Assembly (NCBI GenBank): GCA_030141605.1
Contig: JAQGDQ010000690.1
Coordinates: forward strand, 47,930-111,929
DNA from: Tubiluchus corallicola
Lineage: Eukaryota > Animalia > Priapulida
Direction of reading: 5' to 3'
Length of the DNA: 64,000 nucleotides
Shown here one piece after another: positions 56,091-64,000 of this stretch. Both the position numbers and the translations under genes were made by a program. The notes below the pieces were generated by a model, which was not told where the DNA came from, did not search any database, and saw nothing but the letters and a program-made list of their open reading frames with translations. Within the stretch, counting starts at the first letter, position 1. Every line of letters starts with the position of its first letter.

Positions 56091-57129
56091 AGACTGCCAT
56101 CCTTTTTTCTCTGTTGATTTATTTTTATTTTTTTTGTTTTGGTTTGCTTCGACTTTGCAATCTGCGTTCCATTGTGGACTGGGGGCGTATTCATAAAGAT
56201 TTGGAAATTCTGTGAAGATTTCTGGTCTTGCTGCAGCGTTATGTTGCAATTGTGATTGTTGTCGTTGTTTAGACATTCTTCACAAGCGAAATGTTCTAAT
56301 TTCACTCGTTCGAAGCGTCTCCGTCGACGGTTTGTTTCGAGATTTTTCGAAAGCGACGTTTAAATCATTTCCGGTATCTTTCAGAGATTGGCGGCTGGTG
56401 AATTGGTTTAGTACAATTGTTATCCTTCTCAATGGCACGTTGATTGCACGGCCGCGGCTCAAATTCGCGTCGTCTTAATTCCGATGATTCTTCACGAGGA
56501 GACAAACACACAAAATGAACATTTAAGTACCCCGGAGCGTAAGCATCCGCAAATCGACGCTCATTACATACATTAGAAGCTCGAGCGGCGCGGATGCAAA
56601 TATCACAAGTTGATTGAAAGCGGGGAGAAAGAGGCTGAAATAGAGTTATAATGACGCCGGGAATAAATGTCGACGAGGATTCTTTGCCGTTGCATCATCG
56701 TTTATGATATTAGCGAGCGGGGAGGCTGCGCTGAAATTACCACTGCCGCTTACGATTACGTGGGATAAATACACCCGAATTGTCGTCGACCCGTACTGCG
56801 ATCGTGCGTATCTATTATTAGCACGCATAATTGTGTCGTTGAAAATAATATATTCAGCCAACCTAGTACCTAATTTGTTATGGAAGCTTGCTTTTTTTGA
56901 GCAGAGTGTCGTAGCATGTATGTAGTGGTGTTATTGCTAGTTTAACATTTGCTATTAAATTTTATATAATTTTATTTAATTAAATTTATCAACATTCAGT
57001 TAAAATTTATAGATACTGTACAAACGTATAACAATACGACACTATATGTTACAACATAATAAAATATCACATTAGAAATAAATAAAATTTTTGGGTGTTT
57101 GCGGGACACAATGAGAGAAATTGCCGTTT

Positions 57130-57480
57130 ATATTTGAGAAAGTTATCAAGATCAACTGAACACAGTCTTCCGTGGAATACTTTAAAATTTGCTGCTGTCG
57201 CAAGCGGAGAACCATTCACATATAGAAATGAATTCCATATATAAACAATTCTGTGTGAAAAAATTGCCCAAACTGTTTTTATTCGTTCTTTGTATGAATA
57301 ATTTTACCGAATTGTTACTCCGCGTACGATCAGACGAAGCCCTAATGAAAAAGTTTTCAGCTCTCAAATCTACTTTTTTATCCGTGAGTTTATGACACAT
57401 ACATAGGTCATTTTGAATTCCTCTTTCTTTTAGTGAGTTTAAATTTAAAAGTTTTAGTCTGTCGTGGTGTGAGATACGAG
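57130..57480 (-). mobile_element. Decayed 3' fragment of a CR1/L2-group LINE
   Basis: Minus frame RLKLLNLNSLKER...DLCMCHKL...FF...RTRSNNSVKL...NFFTQ resembles the C-terminus of CR1-group ORF2. Confidence 0.65.
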
Positions 57481-57714
57481 CCTTGAGATCTGCATTTTCA
57501 TGCTTCATTTTCATGATCTTGCTAATTGTTGTTTGGATGCCTTACATGTTTGTTTTAAACATAATATTCTAAAGTATTCTATGATATTCCATAATATTCT
57601 TATCTTATCTTATCTTATCTTATCTTAAAGAAAATTAGAATTTTATAAATATTATACTAGGCATTATGTCTAGGTACATTATACAAAACAGTAGCACATA
57701 AGACCTAGTATTAT

Positions 57715-57748
<34 letters not shown>

Positions 57749-58374
57749 TATACAAGTCTTTCACTACCATCATTTATGAATAACCACTGGCAAATCTGGA
57801 CCAGCAACTAGAGCTGACGGCTACCGATAGGATAGAATCGTGTATAAAGCGCACTCTGCAGGCAAATTTTGACATTAGAATTGCAACGAATAGTTAACGA
57901 AACATTGACAGTTCGCAGTTTAGTATTATGCGAGATATAGGTCATTGTTTACCGCGTCTGTATTGGTAGCCTTATTTTGTTTACGTGTTTGTTTACATAC
58001 AAAATAGTGAAGTTAGTTCCATTTGTATCGTTGCACACAGTTCTGTTGTTTAAGTTTACCTATATAAAAATTAAAATAACTAAAAATTATTGTTAACGGT
58101 ATTTTGTAAGTAAACTAAACTTTAGTTGAAAAAATATAATTGTTTGCTTGAATTACAGCTATCGAAAATCTTTTGAACTAATTTTCGATACCACCTCCAG
58201 ATTTGCATTTCCTTTTTATTTTTATTCATTGGGCAAAGCTAATCGGTTTAAATTGTAAAGCTAATTCAACTAAAATTAATTTTAATACAAAATTAAGTAT
58301 CATATGATTATTAATATTATACTTTTTTGTTTATAAATAAATTAAATTTTGTTTTTTTTACTTAAATTCCTTCA

Positions 58375-58722
58375 TATAAATTTAGATTCATTGCAAAGAG
58401 TTTTTATCTAATACTGAACTATAATATACTTGTACTGGCATTTTAGTAGAGGTCTCTTCTGGTCTACCCTTCACCCTCTTATACTTTATATAAATTTAGA
58501 TTCATTGCAAAGAGTTTTTATCTAATACTGAACTATAATACACTTGTACTGGCATTTTAGTAGAGGTCTCTTCTAGTCTACCCTTCACCCTCTTATACTT
58601 TATATAAATTTAGATTCATTGCAAAGAGTTTTTATCTAATACTGAACTATAATACACTTGTACTGGCATTTTAGTAGAGGTCTCTTCTAGTCTACCCTTC
58701 ACCCTCTTATACTTTATATAAA
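58375..58722. repeat. 114-bp tandem repeat x3
   Basis: TTTAGATTCATTGC at 58381, 58495 and 58609. Confidence 0.92.
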
Positions 58723-61312
58723 TTTTCAAAACCCTTGAACAATAATAATATACTTCTCGAACTGCAAACTGTTACATGCGCCGCTGATGATCACCAATTG
58801 AAATTTGCTTACAAATGAGTGCTCTCATTAGAAATAGAGCATTTTATACTAACATCTCTTGTCCGTGTTGCTAAGTTGCCAGCATCGGGTTGCGCTGGAA
58901 ATCAAACCGGCAGAAATTCTGGAGGACCCTTGCCGCCGGAGTGGGCAAGATTTTTTCGCAAAACGTTCGGCTTTCGATGACCGCCGTGCCCGTGTTGGAG
59001 GCTGGGTAAGTAAAGGTTTTCATTTTCCCAGATTATTACGAAGCTCAAGTCTATCGAATGTGCTGTCATTCGTAAGAATTGGTTTTGCTGGAGAGCTTGG
59101 TGACTCTGGATTATTAAGCTTGCTTTGTCTTTGCCGTGGCTTGTACGCTGTGCAATCAATGTAGTTATTCTTACTTTGATTCACATTAGTGACTCGGTTT
59201 AATGCACAACTGCTAGGTGTGAAATTCAAGTACCAATCAAACATAATAATTTCATATGAAATCAGTTGGTCTTATTTTGCGTCCTCGCGTCAACGCGCGT
59301 TTCCCGCTGGGCGGTTTTTGCGGCGCGGTTCGGACCGTTGCTGCTTCTGGCGCGGACGACAAAGCCGCATCTTGTTTGGGCCACTCAGACTGTAAGAATC
59401 TGCATTAAGCATCTCGAGTGAGTCGATATGTGAAAGTGTTAAATCCGTTCAAGCTCAAATCGGGCTCAACAGATTTCGTGCTGAATAAAAGTGTGGCTAA
59501 ACTCAAAGGCGCGTAATGCCATATTATTCTCCTCAGCCGCCATGAGAAAGTTCTCTGCCGTAGCGAGATTATTCCGCTGAATTTCCTTGCTCAGTCATTC
59601 CATTTTACTCCTAACACAGTCCATGCTACTGTTACGTCAATACTTGGGAAAATCAGAAATTCTGCATTCCACTCTACATATTATTACAGTTGTATTTATC
59701 TTGCTAAAAATACCGGTCACAGTTCTTAAATTTATCGTGTATACTAATGTTTTGTCAATATTCTGTTTTCTATAATTAAAAACTTTGTTATGTGGGTTTT
59801 TTTAAATAAATTGTATTAAAGTATTTTCAAAATATTTAATAAATAAAATAAGTGAAAAAATGTTTCATTAAATTTCTTGCTATGCAAAAAATATTTTTGT
59901 ACAATGCTTTAGCAATAATGTCAATGTTAACTTATATATTATATGCGGTCTAGTATCAATTAATATATTTCGCTGTTGTATAACAAACAAAATTGTTTTA
60001 ATTTAAAAAGACGAAAAATTTTGTAAGAATCCTAATGGAATGATTGAATATAAAACATCAGTGAATTAAATTGGAATTATTTTTGTTAGTTATAAATATT
60101 CAATATTTGCTATTTTTATTTACTTAGTACAGAAAATATATTTCCCTGAACTTAAACGAAGTTTTTCTTTATTATGAAACCGAATTTTGTGCTAAGTAGC
60201 TACGTTTAAAGCCTAACAAAAACACGTTCAATTTATTTAACTGTAATTCTACATTCAGTCATTCTATTAAACTTTTTTACAAAATCAATGATTTATGAGC
60301 CGCACTCAAGAAACGAAAAAAATTTAGAAATTCAATATATCAATTATTAATCAATATATCAACAATATAATCAACAACAATAATCAACAATATATCAACA
60401 ATACAATCAACAACAATAATCAACAATATATCAACAATATAATATATATTAACAATATATTAATATATTAATCACAGTATTTGTTACATTGCATAGTTTC
60501 ATACTAATGAATATACTAAATTATAATTTGCAATTTTGTTAACAAAACAAAAATTTTCATGAAGTATTTTATTAATCAAAGATGTAATCGTTTTATATAA
60601 AAAAAACTAAAAAATTAATCTTACAAGAATGAAATAAATTTTTACAATCTCCGAGGCTTGCCGCAGTGACCATTGCACTTATAAAAACCGTGCGGAATTT
60701 AATATAATTAATTTAAATTCTCCACATTTACTTATTAATGTCAAGTCGGTCATTACGAGGATTTCGTTTCGGATAATCTCGGCCGTTTAAGCTGATTTAT
60801 TCGTGTTTGTTGTGTTGTCGCCATTTCTTCGAATCAATTCTAGTGTGGCGAAAGAAGCGTAATTGACTGAGAGGCAACAAAGGCGCTCCGTCGGAGCTTG
60901 TTCTTACACGGGGATAATGCGGTTATGTCCGAGTGAGCGGGCAATGCACACAGTTCGGTCGCCACATTGTCACTCGCCAGTTTCCGTTTTGCTTGCATGG
61001 GCTGGCTGGTTGTTATTCATACGACTTTTCAAAGTCAAAATGTAAAAAAAATATCTGAAACCGTACAAAACTAAGTTAATAAATATATATTTTTATATGT
61101 ATACAAAATTATACGTATTGTATGCAAAATACATATTTATACGTATTTCACGTAAAGTTATGTGAAGTTTTATTTATATATGTATATTGTTATATATATA
61201 TATATATATATTTATTTATTTTGAACTTTGTTTTGTACTTTTTCACATAACTTTTTTACATTTTCCTTCATGAATATACATATATATAGAAGCACACATT
61301 TACAAAGTAAAT

Positions 61313-61349
<37 letters not shown>

Positions 61350-62740
61350 ATAAACTGTATATATAAATATATTATTTATTTCACTAATGTGCATTAGTGT
61401 TCATACAATTGCAGTCATAGATTAATTAAACTGTAGAATATTTTCACCAATAAAATTGATTAGTATCAAACAGCGTAACATTAGTTTTGTTCAATATTAT
61501 ACATTTTGTTGAATATTAACACTACAACATTTGTAGTTACTTAATTAACAAGTGCAGTAACAGTACTTTTCCTTCATCGTCCGAAAATCTTGTAGTTACC
61601 AATTCGTCATTAAGTGTCCGAAAAAATTCGAAGACAGAAAATGAATTCGATTAAAACAAGCAACATTTGCAAACCTTGTTGAATTTATGATTAGAAGATT
61701 CTTGCTCGTTGTTGTTATGCTTGTATTATCATTTAGGAAAGACAGGTGGTAATATAATAGACATTGTTATACTAGACATAATAGATATAATAGAATTTGT
61801 GTAAAATAATAGACATTTATTCTCTGTTAGGTGGCGACGTTTTATTTTGATAATTTTCGCTTTGTGCTCTTTTGTATTCAAAATTCGAATCTTGTGCTAA
61901 ATTGTGCATGTGAACTGACCACTTTCTAACCTGAGTTTCTAATGATTTCAAGTTCAGTGGCATCAGAACGTTCCATGCTTGATATAGCTGAAAAATTTAC
62001 TGATTTTCTGATTTACATTGCTTGCCAGCTTTCATTATTGATCAGACCATATTTTTGTAAAAATATTGATTTTAAAATAGGTCAATTTAATAGGATAAAA
62101 TGTCAGTGTAGTAATCCAAATTTTTTTTGCTAGATTTTTAAAAAACTTTGTCTTTTGCAGCATATTTGAAACTTAAAGCTGTTTTTATAGAACATTTTGA
62201 CATCTGCTTGAACAGAACAGAACTGCACATGTAAAAGATGATTCTTTTTTAAAATAACTTTTTAATAATTTAATCAAAATGAAGCTTTTTAATGCCCAAC
62301 ATTAATTTTATATAACAGATGGCAAATCTATAAAATTAATTTTTAAAATTGGCATAAAGCACAAGTTTGCATATTGGGAAAGTTTGGCAGTCAAATTAGA
62401 GCTCTGCTCTGCTTGTCTGTAGTTAAAAATTTCCATTAGAATCGGACTCAAATGTGAACTACTCTGGGCAGCTGCTATGTTTAAATGAATCTAAACTGAA
62501 TTTCAATTTAGAGAAAATTAAGAAATGAACCACTTTTTGCTGACTTATCAGAAAAACTGCTACAATTGTGCAAAATGTATGCAAATGTGAAACCATTTCT
62601 TCATAACTAGTTCACATGTTTTTTTTGTACTTTGTTACATTACGCTTTTGCTAAACGGGTTAATTCTCCTTTGTTTGCTTATTTTGCTTTTCTATGCCAT
62701 ACTGTCCATATCTATATTATAATCTTATCTACCATCTATT

Positions 62741-63003
62741 TTATACTATATTATCTATATTAGCACGCTCTACAATAGTCACAATTCTGACATTAAATGC
62801 TAAGATAATAAATTTACATAAAATTATAAAATGTTTGATGTGACTCAATTCAATTTAAATTCATTTCAATATATTATACTATATTATCTATATTAGCACG
62901 CTTTACAATAGTCGCAATTCTGACATTAAATGCTAAGATAATAAATTTACATAAAATTATAAAATGTTTGATGTGGCTCAATTCAATTTAAATTCATTTC
63001 AAT
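62741..63003. repeat. 133-bp tandem duplication
   Basis: TTATACTATATTATCTATATTAGCACGCT at 62741 and 62874. Confidence 0.9.
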
Positions 63004-63687
63004 TTATTCAACATTTTTATTTCTCTCTCCCAATAGGTTTCGAAGGCTTTCGAATTATAGTCAGTAAATTTTAGGAACAAAGTAGAGACGGGGTGGTGAA
63101 AGACCAGGGGTTATTGAGCAGCCGCCCCTATATGAATAAGTTATTTTTAGATACCACAGCTTTTTTAATTTTTTAGATACCACGGTTCCTAAATACATCA
63201 ACAAAATAAACCAACATATGTTCAATTTAGATTAAAGTTGCATTATCAAAGAATTTGCTTTATAAAGTTAAAAAACAAACATTTTCAAGCAACTCTTCCA
63301 CCCTGACTTGGATTTTCCGCATCTCCGCGCTGTCATCCTCCCTCCTTCCAGTTACTGAACAAGATTCTCGGCAGCCATTGTTACTTGAGCACCTGCAAAG
63401 CTTCCGGAGAGTTCCATCTGTGCCCGTTTTTGCTGATCTTTAAGCTGAATTCTATGTGCTACCATCTAACATATGTTCCCCCACTGTGCGATGCGTTCGT
63501 GTAGAAACTGTTCTGATTATCTATTGTCAGAAGGACAGCAAACCATGGCATTTAATTAAAGCCACAAATATGTTCCATTTTTAAAGATAATAGTTTTTAA
63601 GATTGATGTATTGGCACTTAGCCTGTACAATGGCATAATAAATGATCGTTCTGTATGATATGTAAATATAATAGTATGTAATATAAA

Positions 63688-64000
63688 ATAGTAAAGGAAT
63701 TTTAGTAAATGTTTTATGTATACTATTTTAATATATATATAGTAAATGAATTTTAGTAAATGTTTTATGTATAGTATTTTAATATATATATATAGTAAAT
63801 GAATTTTAGTAAATATTTATGTATAGTATTTTAATATATATATAGTAAATGAATTTTAGTAAATGTTTTATGTATAGTATTTTAATATATATATATAGTA
63901 AATGAATTTTAGTAAATATTTATGCATAGTATTTTAATATATATATATAGTAAATGAATTTTAGTAAATATTTATGTATAGTATTTTAATATATATATAG
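63688..64000. repeat. AT-rich about 50-55-bp tandem repeat with variable (TA)n, running off the window end
   Basis: AGTAAATGAATTTTAGTAAAT..TTATGTATAGTATTTTAATATATAT, about 6 copies. Confidence 0.92.

Noticed and set aside
56385-56401. Candidate XRN2 terminal exon (tttcag|AG ATT GGC GGC TGG TGA, EIGGW*)
   Set aside because: Phase fits, but it is too short to show homology; unsupported without transcripts.
56060-56478. Overlapping short ORFs suggesting a minus-strand gene
   Set aside because: Frames are interrupted by stops; no recognisable domain or splice structure.
58876-59005. Possible plus-strand exon ending at GG|GTAAGT
   Set aside because: Weak acceptor, and no reading frame resembles XRN2 or another recognisable protein.

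Overview
AT-rich metazoan (invertebrate-like) genomic DNA, not prokaryotic, so most of the supplied ORF track is spurious. The backbone is a spliced + strand gene for the nuclear 5'-3' exoribonuclease XRN2 (Rat1/Dhp1 family). I assembled 18 internal exons between 593 and 55333 in one continuous frame (1974 nt, about 658 codons); the start and stop exons are not identified in the window. One 25.3-kb XRN2 intron (10904-36164) holds a 94-bp satellite and an antisense nested tandem array of intronless rhodopsin-class GPCRs. The array has 5 intact ORFs, 1 copy that lost its start codon, 1 frameshifted copy and 2 N-terminal stubs. The receptors share an LHKP(L/M)Y motif and NVFVY in place of NPxxY, vary mainly at ligand-pocket positions, and show mosaicism, as expected of a lineage-specific chemoreceptor-like family. 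Other introns contain a decayed RTE LINE with a 12-bp TSD, an RTE-type SINE-like insert, piggyBac-, hAT- and Tc1-type MITEs (some nested), and many minisatellites. These include a 15 x 40-bp array of RFX X-box-like motifs upstream of the GPCR cluster and a 3 x 137-bp repeat carrying a 5S rRNA internal-promoter-like segment. All calls are by eye; no database search was run.
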